The notes below the pieces were generated by a model. That model did not search any database. It was not told the origin of the DNA and saw only the letters and a list, made by a program, of their open reading frames with translations. A program made the translations under genes and the position numbers. A stretch of DNA of 64,000 nt from an uncultured Coriobacteriia bacterium (GTDB lineage Bacteria > Actinomycetota > Coriobacteriia > Coriobacteriales > QAMH01): assembly GCA_949879855.1 (NCBI GenBank), contig CATLBX010000002.1, positions 1,448-65,447 on the forward strand, read 5' to 3'. Positions 39,673 through 49,211 of this stretch are shown piece after piece; positions within the stretch are counted from its first letter, which is position 1, and each line of letters opens with the position of its first letter.

Positions 39673-41346
39673 GTGGACTACATACTCAAGAAATATTGCC
39701 CCCGCATCGAATTCGATTCCTACGAGGACTTCTACGAGAACTTCCAGATAGAGGTTCCCGAGAACTTCAATTTCGCCTACGACGTCGTTGACGAGTGGGC
39801 GCGCGTCGAACCCGAGAAGAAGGCCCTCGTGTGGATCAACGACGCCGGCGAGGAGCGCACCTTCACGTTCACGGACATCTCGCGTCTCTCGAACCGTGCG
39901 GCCAACGCGTTTTGGCAGCTCGGCATTCGCAAGGGCGACGTCGTCATGATGATGCTGCGCCGCCGCTGGGAATACTGGGTGTGCGCGGTGGCGCTCGCCA
40001 AGATCGGCGCCTCGATCATCCCCGCGACCATCCAGCTCACCTCGAAGGACATCGCCTACCGCGCGAATTCCGCCGACGTGAAGATGGTGATTTGCGTTGA
40101 CGACGACTACGTGGTCGAGCAGGTGGAAGGCGCGCTGCCCAAGGCCACGAGCATCAAGGACAAGGTGCTCGTCGCCGGCACGCACGATGGCTGGCTGTCC
40201 TTCGACGAGCTCGTCGAGGGCGCGAGCGACGAATGGGAGCGCCCCACGGGAGACGCCGCCACGTCCATCGACGACATCATGCTCATCTACTTCACGAGCG
40301 GCACGACCGGCAACGCCAAGGCCGTCGAGCACAGCTTCAAGCATCCCCTCGGCCATATCCTCACCGCCAAGTACTGGCAGCAGGTGCGCGAGAACCGCCT
40401 GCACATGTCCGTGACCGACAGCGGCTGGGCCAAGTTTGGCTGGGGCAAGATCTACGGCCAGTGGATCGCCGGCGCGACGATCTTCTGCTACGACATGGAC
40501 AAGTTCATACCCGCCAAGCTGCTGCAGGTCATGCAGGACTATGACCTCGCGACGTTCTGCGCGCCGCCTACCATGTATCGCTTCATGCTGCAGGAAGACG
40601 TCTCGGCCTACGACCTTTCGTCCATCGAGAACTTCGCAACCGCAGGCGAGCCCCTCAACGGCGAGGTGACCATCCAGTGGGAAAAGCTCACGGGCAAGAA
40701 AATCCGCGAGGGCTTTGGCCAGACGGAGGGTCCCGTGCTGCTAGCCACCTATCCGTGGATCGAGCCGCGTCCTGGCTCGATGGGCAAGCCGAGCCCGCTG
40801 CTCAACATCAAGCTCCTCGACGATGACGGCCGCGAAGTCGACGATGGTAGCGAAGGTGCTATCTGCGTCACGGGCCTCAAGGAAGCCTATCCGCCGGGCC
40901 TGTTCGTCGGCTACTACAACGAGCCCGAACGCACGGCCGAGGCTGTGGGCGGCGAATACTACAACCTGCACGACATGGCGTGGCGCGACACCGATGGGTA
41001 CTGCTTCTTCGTGGGTCGCAACGACGACGTCATCAAGTGCTCCGGCTACCGCATCGGCCCCTTCGAGGTGGAAAGCGCGCTCGTGGCGCATCCGGCTGTC
41101 GTCGAGTGTGCCGTCACCGCCGCTCCGGACCCGGTGCGCGGCAAGGTCGTGAAGGCGTCCATCATCCTCGCGAAGGGCTACGAGCCGAGCGACGAGCTCA
41201 CCAAGGAACTGCAAGACCACGTCAAGCACACGACGGCGCCGTACAAGTACCCGCGTATCGTGGAATACGTCGATGACCTGCCCAAGACCATTGGTGGCAA
41301 GATCAAGCGCAAGATGATCCGCAACGCCGATGGGGTTACGGACTAA
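39673..41346 (+). CDS. Acyl-CoA synthetase (AMP-forming, ACSM/MACS-like)
   Basis: YFTSGTTGNAK, AGEPLN, EGFGQTE, GRNDDVIKCSGYRIGPFEVES. Confidence 0.93.
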   Translation: MDYILKKYCPRIEFDSYEDFYENFQIEVPENFNFAYDVVDEWARVEPEKKALVWINDAGEERTFTFTDISRLSNRAANAFWQLGIRKGDVVMMMLRRRWEYWVCAVALAKIGASIIPATIQLTSKDIAYRANSADVKMVICVDDDYVVEQVEGALPKATSIKDKVLVAGTHDGWLSFDELVEGASDEWERPTGDAATSIDDIMLIYFTSGTTGNAKAVEHSFKHPLGHILTAKYWQQVRENRLHMSVTDSGWAKFGWGKIYGQWIAGATIFCYDMDKFIPAKLLQVMQDYDLATFCAPPTMYRFMLQEDVSAYDLSSIENFATAGEPLNGEVTIQWEKLTGKKIREGFGQTEGPVLLATYPWIEPRPGSMGKPSPLLNIKLLDDDGREVDDGSEGAICVTGLKEAYPPGLFVGYYNEPERTAEAVGGEYYNLHDMAWRDTDGYCFFVGRNDDVIKCSGYRIGPFEVESALVAHPAVVECAVTAAPDPVRGKVVKASIILAKGYEPSDELTKELQDHVKHTTAPYKYPRIVEYVDDLPKTIGGKIKRKMIRNADGVTD

Positions 41347-41498
41347 GCCCAGATTGAGGGCTGGCTCTCGCGCCCAATTCGATATTTTCGCAACACCGCG
41401 AAAGAACTCGCGTGCAAAGACCGCACGCTCAAACACCTTTCGCTAAACCCGTGTTGTGTAAATATCGAATCTGCTCGAGATGCCCTCAATCTGGGCTT
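41345..41498. repeat. 154-bp nested inverted repeat with perfect 17-bp termini (MITE/REPIN-like)
   Basis: AAGCCCAGATTGAGGGC ... GCCCTCAATCTGGGCTT with several nested inner stems. Confidence 0.75.
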
Positions 41499-41577
41499 GT
41501 CCTCCACGGTTAAATAATGAGAAGTTTGCTCAAGACAGATTTCTCATTGCGCCGACCAAATGGTTGCTAGTCGGGCA

Positions 41578-42051
41578 CTAGTCGTTCGCCAGGGCGATCC
41601 TGCCAGTGCGCATCACTTCGCGGATGCCGTAAGGGCTCAGAAGCGTCTCGAAAGCCTCGAGCCTTCCGGCTGTCTCGGTCAGCTCGATGATGAGCGAGTC
41701 GCTTGCCCCGCCGTCGATCTTGGCCCCGAAGTTCCTCGCAAGCTCGATAATCTCGCCACGCTTCTCGGGGGGCGCATCCACCTTGAAGAGCACGAGTTCG
41801 CGCTCGATGTGGTCCATGTCGGTGAGGTCGGTCACCTTGTAGACGTTGATGAGCTTATGAAGCTGCTTGGTCACCTGCTCGACGATATGCTCGTCGGCGT
41901 CGACCACCATGGTCACGCGGCTGCGCACGTCCTCCTCGGTATTGCTGACGGCCAGCGATTCGATGTTGAAGCCACGACGCGAGACGAGGCCGGCGATGCG
42001 GGCCAGCACGCCCGGCTTGTTGTCGACCCATACCGAAAGAACACGCGACAT
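41578..42051 (-). CDS. ilvN: Acetolactate synthase small subunit
   Basis: NKPGVLARIAGLVSRRGFNIESL, EIMRTG-like EVMRTG. Confidence 0.95.
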   Translation of the reverse strand: MSRVLSVWVDNKPGVLARIAGLVSRRGFNIESLAVSNTEEDVRSRVTMVVDADEHIVEQVTKQLHKLINVYKVTDLTDMDHIERELVLFKVDAPPEKRGEIIELARNFGAKIDGGASDSLIIELTETAGRLEAFETLLSPYGIREVMRTGRIALAND

Positions 42052-42053
42052 GG

Positions 42054-43772
42054 CTACTCCTCGTCTCGCAGGTCTGACACGCCCTTGGCCGAGCCGTCGC
42101 ACGCGTCCTTGGGATACACGTCCTCGTCGCTCGTGATGGGAATCCACAGGAGCGACGGCCCTTCGTCCGCAAGCCATTGCCGCATGGTCGCCTCGAGTTC
42201 CGACGGGCTTTCGGCCTTGCGCCCGCTCCACCCGTAGGCGCGGGCCAGCGCGACGAAATCGGGATTGCCGGTGAACAGCGTCTGGCTATAGCGCTCGTCG
42301 TGGAACTGTTCTTGCATCTGGCGCACCATGCCCAGGCAGCTATTGTCGAGCAACAACACCTTGACCGGCAGGTTGTTCTCGCGAATCGTGGCCATCTCCT
42401 GGATGTTCATCTGGATGGAGCCATCGCCCGTGATGCAGATGACGCGGCTGTGGGGCAATCCGAGCTGGGCACCCATGGCCGCCGGCAGGCCGAACCCCAT
42501 GGTTCCCGCACCGCCGCTCGACGCGAAGCCGCGCGGCCTCGTGGTGTGGATGAGCTGGCTCGCCCACATCTGGTGCTGGCCCACGTCGGTCGTGAAAATG
42601 GTGTCGCGGTCCTTCGTGAGATCGTCCAGGAGCATCATCACCTGCTCGGGGCGAATCGTCTGCTCGTCGCGCATGATGCGGTGGGGCTGCTCGCGCTTCC
42701 ATTGCACGATGCTCTCGAGCCATGCGGAGGTTTGCGGTTGCGCGTCGTTCTTGCGCAGCTCCTCGATGAGGGAGCCGAGCACCGTCTTCACGTCGCCCAC
42801 GATGGGAATGTCGGCGCGGTGGTTCTTGCCTATCTCGGCGGGATCGATATCGATGTGTATCACGCGCGCATGCGGCGCGAATGCCTCCGCATCGCCCGTG
42901 GAGCGGTTCGCGAAGCGCGTACCCACGGCCAGCACGAGGTCGCTTTGGTGCATCGCCTCGTTGGCGGCCGGCAGGCCATACATGCCGAGCATCCCCAAGT
43001 TGAGCGGGCTATCCTCGGGAAAGCCGCCCTTGCCGGTAAGCGTGGTGGCGACGGGAATCTGCATGGATTCGGCAAGCTGCGCGAGTTCGGACGTGGCGCC
43101 CGAGGCGATGACGCCGCCTCCCGCGTAGATGACGGGGCGCTTCGCCTGTTCGATGGCATGGGCCGCCTGCTTTACCTGCCTGCTATTGCCCTTGTAGGTG
43201 GGCTTGTAGGATTGCAGCCTGACCTCGGCGGGATAGCTATAGGCAACGTCAAGCTCGCGGGCGAGATTGCTCGGGATGTCGATGACCACGGGGCCCGGAC
43301 GGCCCGTCGAGGCGATGTGATAGGCCTGGGCGACAGTCGCGGGAATATCCGCCGCGCTCTTGACGAGATAGCTGTGCTTGACGATGGGAAGCGTGATGCC
43401 CGTCATATCCGACTCCTGGAACGCGTCGCTGCCCAGCGCGTCGGTAGGCACCTGCCCGGTGATGACGACGAGCGGGATGGAGTCCATGTAGGCGGTGGCA
43501 ATGCCCGTGACGGTGTTGGTGGCACCGGGGCCGCTCGTGACGATGACGGTGCCCGGCTTGCCGGTAGCCCGCGCATAACCGTCGGCCGCGTGCACGGCGC
43601 CCTGCTCGTGGCGCACGAGGACGTGATCGAGCTTGCTGCTATCATAGAGCGCGTCGTAGATGTCGAGGGCGTGGCCGCCGGGATAGCCGAAGACGGTCTC
43701 GACGCCGGCATCCTCGAGTGCGCGAATGAGGCACTGGGCTCCGGTCATCTTCGTTTCGTTGCGCTTGGTCAT
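42054..43772 (-). CDS. ilvB: Acetolactate synthase large subunit
   Basis: FGYPGG, RHEQGA, TSGPGATN, DVGQHQMW, GDGSIQMN. Confidence 0.96.
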   Translation of the reverse strand: MTKRNETKMTGAQCLIRALEDAGVETVFGYPGGHALDIYDALYDSSKLDHVLVRHEQGAVHAADGYARATGKPGTVIVTSGPGATNTVTGIATAYMDSIPLVVITGQVPTDALGSDAFQESDMTGITLPIVKHSYLVKSAADIPATVAQAYHIASTGRPGPVVIDIPSNLARELDVAYSYPAEVRLQSYKPTYKGNSRQVKQAAHAIEQAKRPVIYAGGGVIASGATSELAQLAESMQIPVATTLTGKGGFPEDSPLNLGMLGMYGLPAANEAMHQSDLVLAVGTRFANRSTGDAEAFAPHARVIHIDIDPAEIGKNHRADIPIVGDVKTVLGSLIEELRKNDAQPQTSAWLESIVQWKREQPHRIMRDEQTIRPEQVMMLLDDLTKDRDTIFTTDVGQHQMWASQLIHTTRPRGFASSGGAGTMGFGLPAAMGAQLGLPHSRVICITGDGSIQMNIQEMATIRENNLPVKVLLLDNSCLGMVRQMQEQFHDERYSQTLFTGNPDFVALARAYGWSGRKAESPSELEATMRQWLADEGPSLLWIPITSDEDVYPKDACDGSAKGVSDLRDEE

Positions 43773-43840
43773 CGCGATACCGTCGTTTCCCTCGTCATTG
43801 GGCTTTGATAGCGTAATCGTTCATTATAACCAGCCCCCAA

Positions 43841-44034
43841 TGTCATTTCGACCGGAGCCACCGTCAGACTTGCTCTCCATATCATTTCGACCGGAGCCGC
43901 CGTCAGGCGGCGTAGTGGAGAAATCTCGTCCTTCCGCTGTGGTTGAGACCGAGATTTCTCGACTCCAGGGCTTCGCCCCTTCGCTCGAAATGACAGTGGG
44001 GGCGTTGCTACGTCTCCTTCGCTCGAAATGGCAC
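43841..44034. repeat. Family B composite repeat
   Basis: Two TCATTTCGACCGGAG units, GGAGAAATCT/AGATTTCTC, two GCTCGAAATG units. Confidence 0.85.
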
Positions 44035-44035
44035 T

Positions 44036-44917
44036 CTACGCGAGGAAGAGCTCGTTGACGACGAGCATCACGGCCGCCACGGCGAGCAGACCCGAGAAGA
44101 TGAAGCGCAGCGTGCGTTCGGGCACGCGCGGAACGAGCTTCGCGCCCAGCACGGCGCCGGGAATTGCGCCCACGCACAGCATGACGCCCGCCAGGTAATC
44201 GATATGGCCGAGCATGGCCTGCTGGATGACGCCCGGAATCGCCAGAATGATGATGGCGATGAGCGAGGTGCCCGAGGTGTTTTTCATGGGGATGCCGAGC
44301 CACGCCGTCATGAGCGGCACCATGATGAAGCCGCCGCCCACACCCACGTAGCCCGAGGCGAAGCCCGCTATCAGGCCGATGACGATGCCGAGGACGATGT
44401 TGCGTGCCGTGAGCGCGGGGGGCACGGGACATGACACGTGAGGGTCTGTCCCCTTATTGTCAGGCGGCGTGGATTCGAGGGTTTGTCCCCCGATTGCCAC
44501 CTGCGGCGAAGTACGAGGGTCTGTCCCCCTCTTGTTGCCGCCCATGCGAAGGGCTTTGCTGAGCATGGTGAACGCCGAATACGCGATGATGACCGCTGCC
44601 ACGAGCATGATGAGCCACGCCGGCGATATCGATCCCAGGTACACACCGGCAGACGAGGTGATAGCACCCGCCACGCCAAGGACGATGCCGAGCTTGGGAA
44701 TGCAGGTGCGCGAGCGAATGTGCGTGACGGCACCCGCGAGCGAGATGGGGATGATCGCGAAGAGCGAGGTCGCCGTGGCCATGAAGGCGTCGAGTCCGTA
44801 ACCCAGGCGCAGGACGGGAATAATGATGGTGCCGCCACCGATACCGAGCAATCCCGACAGCACGCCAATGCCGACGCCCACGACGATGAGCACAATAGAT
44901 GTGATTACGAGCTCCAT
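44036..44917 (-). CDS. Sulfite exporter TauE/SafE (TSUP) family permease
   Basis: LSGLLGIGGG and ASGYVGVGGG half-repeats, GTSL. Confidence 0.92.
   Translation of the reverse strand: MELVITSIVLIVVGVGIGVLSGLLGIGGGTIIIPVLRLGYGLDAFMATATSLFAIIPISLAGAVTHIRSRTCIPKLGIVLGVAGAITSSAGVYLGSISPAWLIMLVAAVIIAYSAFTMLSKALRMGGNKRGTDPRTSPQVAIGGQTLESTPPDNKGTDPHVSCPVPPALTARNIVLGIVIGLIAGFASGYVGVGGGFIMVPLMTAWLGIPMKNTSGTSLIAIIILAIPGVIQQAMLGHIDYLAGVMLCVGAIPGAVLGAKLVPRVPERTLRFIFSGLLAVAAVMLVVNELFLA
44441..44529. repeat. Three in-frame AGGGT(C/T)TGTCCCC units inside the TSUP loop (family C)
   Basis: Units at 44441, 44478 and 44516; encode RGTDP, GQTL, KGTDP. Confidence 0.7.
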
Positions 44918-44929
44918 GGCACCATGATA

Positions 44930-44964
44930 AATGAGACAGATTTGTCTGACCAATCTGTCTCATT
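44930..44964. repeat. 35-bp REP variant A'
   Basis: AATGAGACAGAT-TTGTCTGACCA-ATCTGTCTCATT. Confidence 0.9.
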
Positions 44965-44991
44965 ATTTGACGGTACTTGTCAAACCCTGCA

Positions 44992-46053
44992 TTAGATGAG
45001 GGCCATTTGCTCCGCACAGGTGCTATACCAATGGCCGGCGTTGGAAGGGCAGTACGTAGCAGCGGCCTCGCGCGTGAGATAGCCGCCGTACAACGACCCG
45101 CCCAGCGCGGAGACGACCCTGTTGATGCCCTCTTCCCATGAGCCGAAGCTGTAGCTGCCGTATCCCCATGCGTTGTGCGAGCGGAAGCACGCGGCGCCCT
45201 TGCTGCTCTCGACATAGGAGATGGCCGGCGCCCAGCGCGGGTCGACGCCGTTGTCCCAGGCGGCAGCCGCGTAGTACTCGCCCGTGCCGGCCATGGGCGA
45301 ACCCGAGAGGTACGCGTCGATGCGCGGTGCCCAGCTGTCGACGAAATCGGCCTTGTCGGCCGACCATCCCACATGGGAGGCGCTTGCCGACGATGCCGCG
45401 CTGCTTGCCGCACTTGCGGCCTGCTTTTCCTCGGCACTTGCCGAGGATGAGTTGATGACGTACTGGTTTGCCTGCTGCTCCGCGGCCTGGGCTGCGGCGG
45501 CCCGTGCCGCCACGCGCTCGCGGGCCTCGCGGGCCTGCTGCAGCGACGCGAGTGCGTCCTGCGCCGCCTGGTCTGCACCCGCCTTGTCGCTTTCGAGCTG
45601 CTGCCTAGCGTTCTTGAGCTCGGATTCCATCTGGATGGCGTTCTGGATTTCCGCCGTGTTGTACTCGAGGATCCAGTTGTAGGAATCGACGATGGCCAGC
45701 ATGTCGGTGACGCTCGTGGACTCGAGCAGCATCATGAGGATGCTCGACGAATCGTACTCGTACTTGTAGAGCGCCCGCACGCTCTCGTCGGAGCGCTCGC
45801 GCTGTGCGGGGAGCTTGGCTTCGAGCTCGGCAATGCGGGCATCGAGCTGCGCTATCTCGGACGCAAGCTCCTCCTGGCGCGAGATGGCGTCGTTGTAGGC
45901 ATCGGCGCTCGACTTAACCTGCGCCTCGAGCTCGTCTGCTTCTTCGTCTGCGATGGATGTCTGCACAAACCCGCTGCCGACAAGACCAAACACCAGCGCG
46001 ATTAGGGATGCAAGCGCCAGGACGATGCCTCGGTTGAGTGCGTGTTGCAGCAA
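44992..46053 (-). CDS. Secreted coiled-coil protein with C-terminal lysozyme/glucosaminidase-like domain
   Basis: Signal peptide, PcsB-like coiled coil, Ala-rich linker, AISYVESSKG...NAWGYG. Confidence 0.7.
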   Translation of the reverse strand: MLQHALNRGIVLALASLIALVFGLVGSGFVQTSIADEEADELEAQVKSSADAYNDAISRQEELASEIAQLDARIAELEAKLPAQRERSDESVRALYKYEYDSSSILMMLLESTSVTDMLAIVDSYNWILEYNTAEIQNAIQMESELKNARQQLESDKAGADQAAQDALASLQQAREARERVAARAAAAQAAEQQANQYVINSSSASAEEKQAASAASSAASSASASHVGWSADKADFVDSWAPRIDAYLSGSPMAGTGEYYAAAAWDNGVDPRWAPAISYVESSKGAACFRSHNAWGYGSYSFGSWEEGINRVVSALGGSLYGGYLTREAAATYCPSNAGHWYSTCAEQMALI

Positions 46054-46252
46054 AAGGTGACCTCATTTACGCTTCGTTTACGTGCATGTGGCATATCACT
46101 TTAGCGTAAGCCCGTGACATGCTCAAAAGCCGTCACATTCCCTACATATCCCCTTCACAACTGACGTTAAGGTGTTCGCGAGCAATCCCGTCCCATTAGA
46201 AGGCGCTTCGTCGGCAACTTCTGCCATTTCGAGCGAAATGACAGGTAAGAAC

Positions 46253-46283
46253 AAAAAGGGCGCCCGCGCGATGCGGACGCCCC
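46253..46283 (-). terminator. Intrinsic terminator of serC
   Basis: Minus strand GGGCGTCCGC-ATCGC-GCGGGCGCCC-TTTTT. Confidence 0.75.
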
Positions 46284-46288
46284 TCCGA

Positions 46289-46321
46289 AATGAGACTACT
46301 ACCCCGTGTATTTGTCTCATT
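46289..46321. repeat. Degenerate family A REP; contains the serC stop
   Basis: AATGAGACTACTAC-CCCGT-GTATTTGTCTCATT; TCA at 46317-46319. Confidence 0.9.
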
Positions 46322-47396
46322 TGTTGTTGGCTTCGAACTCACCCATGAAATCGACGAGAGCCTGGACGCCCTCGATGGGCATAGCGTTGTAGATGCTCGC
46401 ACGCATGCCACCCACGCTGCGATGGCCCTTGATATTGACCAGGCCGGCGGCGGTCGCCTCGGCGATGAACTTCTTGTCGAGCTCCTCGTCGCCCGTGACG
46501 AAGGGGACGTTCATGATGGAGCGGTCCTCGGGCACGACCGTGCCCTTGAAGAGCTCGCTCTGGTCGAGGAAGTCATAGAGCAGCTTGGCCTTGGCCTCGT
46601 TGCGCTCCTTCATGGCCTCGAGGCCACCGAGCTCCTTGATCCACTTGAACACGAGGCCGCACACGTAGATGCCATAGCACGGCGGCGTGTTGTAGAGGCT
46701 ACCGGCATCGGCCTGCGTCTTGAAGCGCAGCATCGTGGGCACGCCGGGCAGGTCGTCCGGGATGAGGTCCTCGCGCACGATGACGATCTGCACGCCGGAG
46801 GGACCCACGTTCTTCTGCACGCCCGCGTGGATGAGACCGTACTTGCTCACATCCACCGGCTCGGACAGGAACATCGAACTCTGGTCGGCCACGAGCACAT
46901 GGCCCTTGGTGTTGGGCAGCTCGTGAATGCGGTTACCCTGGATGGTCTCGTTCTCGCAGATGTAGACATAGGACGCGTCATCGCGGATGTCGAGGTCGGA
47001 GAGGTCGGGGATGCTCGAGAAGTTGTCGTCGGCACCAGTCGCCACGACCTTGGGGTCACCCAGGATCTCGGCCTCCTTGAGCGCCTTCTTCGACCAGCTG
47101 CCCGTGACGATGTAGTCGGCCTTGCCATTGGTGGCGAGGTTCATGAACACCGATGCGAACAGCAGCGAGTCACCGCCCTGCAGGAAGAGCACCTTGTAGT
47201 TGTCCGGAATGTTCATGAGCTCGCGCAGGTCGGCCTCGGCCTCGGTAATGATCTTGGTGAAAGCCGCGGAGCGATGGCTCATCTCCATGACGGACATGCC
47301 GCAGCCCTCGTAATCGAGCATCTCGTCTGCGGCCTGTTGCAGGACCTCCTCGGGGAGTACCGCCGGACCGGCGGAAAAGTTGTACACGCGTGCCAT
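46317..47396 (-). CDS. serC: Phosphoserine aminotransferase
   Basis: YNFSAGPAVLP, EMSHRS, AGVQKNVGP, LYNTPP, GHRSVGGMRASIYNA. Confidence 0.97.
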   Translation of the reverse strand: MARVYNFSAGPAVLPEEVLQQAADEMLDYEGCGMSVMEMSHRSAAFTKIITEAEADLRELMNIPDNYKVLFLQGGDSLLFASVFMNLATNGKADYIVTGSWSKKALKEAEILGDPKVVATGADDNFSSIPDLSDLDIRDDASYVYICENETIQGNRIHELPNTKGHVLVADQSSMFLSEPVDVSKYGLIHAGVQKNVGPSGVQIVIVREDLIPDDLPGVPTMLRFKTQADAGSLYNTPPCYGIYVCGLVFKWIKELGGLEAMKERNEAKAKLLYDFLDQSELFKGTVVPEDRSIMNVPFVTGDEELDKKFIAEATAAGLVNIKGHRSVGGMRASIYNAMPIEGVQALVDFMGEFEANNK

Positions 47397-47534
47397 GTGA
47401 GTCAGCTTCCTTTCAACCTGAATATGCGAGCGGACTTGCAGTTTAAGCAAGTCCGCTTTCACATCATAGCAGGTTGTGACTGGCACGAATGTAGCATTAC
47501 GCACAAATGGCCAGATGGGCACCCGCGTGAATAC

Positions 47535-47560
47535 ATGGAGCGCAATTGCTCGCGCTCCAT
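47535..47560 (-). terminator. Hairpin just after the hpf stop
   Basis: ATGGAGCGC-N8-GCGCTCCAT. Confidence 0.5.
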
Positions 47561-47572
47561 ATCGCGTTACCC

Positions 47573-48148
47573 CTAGGCGTTGACGATGGGCCTGATGATG
47601 CCGTAACCGCCGTTCTTGCGATGGTAGATGACCTGGACCTGATGGGCGTCCTGGTCGAAGTAGACGAAGAAGTCATGGCCGAGCAGGTCGGTCTGCACGA
47701 GGGCGTGCTCCTCGGTCATGGGCTCCATCTCGACTTCCTTCAGGCGTACGAGCAGATCGTCGTCTTCCTCGGGCTCGGTGGGAATGACATCGGGGATGTC
47801 GAGCTCTTCGGGCTGGAGGTGACGGATGGTGCTCCTGCCGCCGCGACGCTCGACGAGACGCGTCTTGTACTTGCGCAGCTGGCGGGCGACCTTGTCGGAG
47901 GCCAGGTCGATGGCCGCGTACATGTCCTCGGCGGATTCTGCCACGCGGATGACGGCACCCTTGGCGTTGACCGTGACCTCGCAGATGGCGTTGAGCGAGA
48001 TGGCCGGGTTCTTCTCGGTGCGCAGGACGACTTCGGCGTCCATGGCGGCGCTATCGAAGACCTCGAGCGAGCGGGCGATCTTCTCGTCGACGTAATCCTT
48101 GATGGCAGGGGTGACGTTCATCTTTCGCCCTGAAACTGTAATAGCCAT
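47573..48148 (-). CDS. hpf: Long-form ribosome hibernation promoting factor (RaiA/HPF)
   Basis: ITVSGRKMNVTPAIKDYV, DMYAAID...RQLRKYK, PMTEEHA...LGHDFF...YG. Confidence 0.96.
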   Translation of the reverse strand: MAITVSGRKMNVTPAIKDYVDEKIARSLEVFDSAAMDAEVVLRTEKNPAISLNAICEVTVNAKGAVIRVAESAEDMYAAIDLASDKVARQLRKYKTRLVERRGGRSTIRHLQPEELDIPDVIPTEPEEDDDLLVRLKEVEMEPMTEEHALVQTDLLGHDFFVYFDQDAHQVQVIYHRKNGGYGIIRPIVNA

Positions 48149-48180
48149 GATAAACCTCCTTGATCGTGGGCTGACTCGTT

Positions 48181-49182
48181 CTACTCGTCGCCGGATTGCT
48201 GGCCCGCATCCTCCTCACCTGGGTCTTCCGGCGTGTCGGGATTGGGTTCGTCCGGGTTTTCGGGAGCGGGTTGCTCGCCAACGCCAAAGGCCTTCGCCGG
48301 CAGAGTTGCCAGGTCGGTCTTGCCCGCAAGCAGCGTGTCTCCGTCGGAGCCCAGCCACTTGGTCGCGATGACGCGCATGACGCCGTTCTCGTTGATGGTC
48401 TTGATGGCGGCGTTGACGCCGCTCGAAAGCGCGGAGCTCTGCGTGAGGGTCACCGCGTAGATGGGCGTGACGCAGTCTGCGCCGAGGAAGCCCATGCGGA
48501 TGACGTTCTCGTAGTTGCGCGCGAAGTAGTCGCCGATGACCGCATCGGTCACGAGGAACTTCTGCTCGCCGTTGCTAAGCGCGTCGAACGCGGCCTGCAT
48601 GGTGGGCATGGCGACGACCTTGTCGATGCCCAGGAGCTCCTGCACCTTGCTCGCGGCGGTGGTTTCGGCCTGGACGAGGATCTTGGCGGTACCGGCGTTG
48701 GCCTGCGCCGCGACGTCCTCGATGGAGACGGGGCGATTGGTGCTCAGACAGAACAGCGAGAGGCCGTCGGTCAGGTAGGGATCGCTGTAGGTGACAAGGT
48801 CGCCCGTGCCGGACTTGGTGAGCCCGAGCGCGACGTCGACCTGCTTGTTGCTGAGCGCGAAGCGGCCACTCGAACCCACGTCGATGATCTGCATGCGCAA
48901 GCCCAGTTCCTGGGCCACGGCTGCGGCGACGTCAACGTCGATGCCCACGGTCTGGTTGCTCGAGTTGGTGCCACCGTAGGGGGAGTTGCTCGTGTTGATG
49001 CCGACGGTGAGCACGCCCTCGGTGATGGTTGCCGAAGCGTCCAGCTTGGGCGTGAGGTTGCTCTCGACCTGGGTTTTGGTCTGAAGCTGGCATGCGGACA
49101 GCCCGATCACGGCGAGCATGCAGGCGGCGAGCGCCATGGCGATTGCGGATATTCCCTTGGACTTGATTTGCTTTGCGAACAT
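48181..49182 (-). CDS. Orphan family-3 substrate-binding lipoprotein
   Basis: Lipobox LSAC; LTVGIN..SPY, GIDVDVAAAVA, YSDPYL; acidic tail; no permease adjacent. Confidence 0.85.
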   Translation of the reverse strand: MFAKQIKSKGISAIAMALAACMLAVIGLSACQLQTKTQVESNLTPKLDASATITEGVLTVGINTSNSPYGGTNSSNQTVGIDVDVAAAVAQELGLRMQIIDVGSSGRFALSNKQVDVALGLTKSGTGDLVTYSDPYLTDGLSLFCLSTNRPVSIEDVAAQANAGTAKILVQAETTAASKVQELLGIDKVVAMPTMQAAFDALSNGEQKFLVTDAVIGDYFARNYENVIRMGFLGADCVTPIYAVTLTQSSALSSGVNAAIKTINENGVMRVIATKWLGSDGDTLLAGKTDLATLPAKAFGVGEQPAPENPDEPNPDTPEDPGEEDAGQQSGDE

Positions 49183-49211
49183 CTTGCTCCGTTTGTCATG
49201 GGCCAGTGGAA

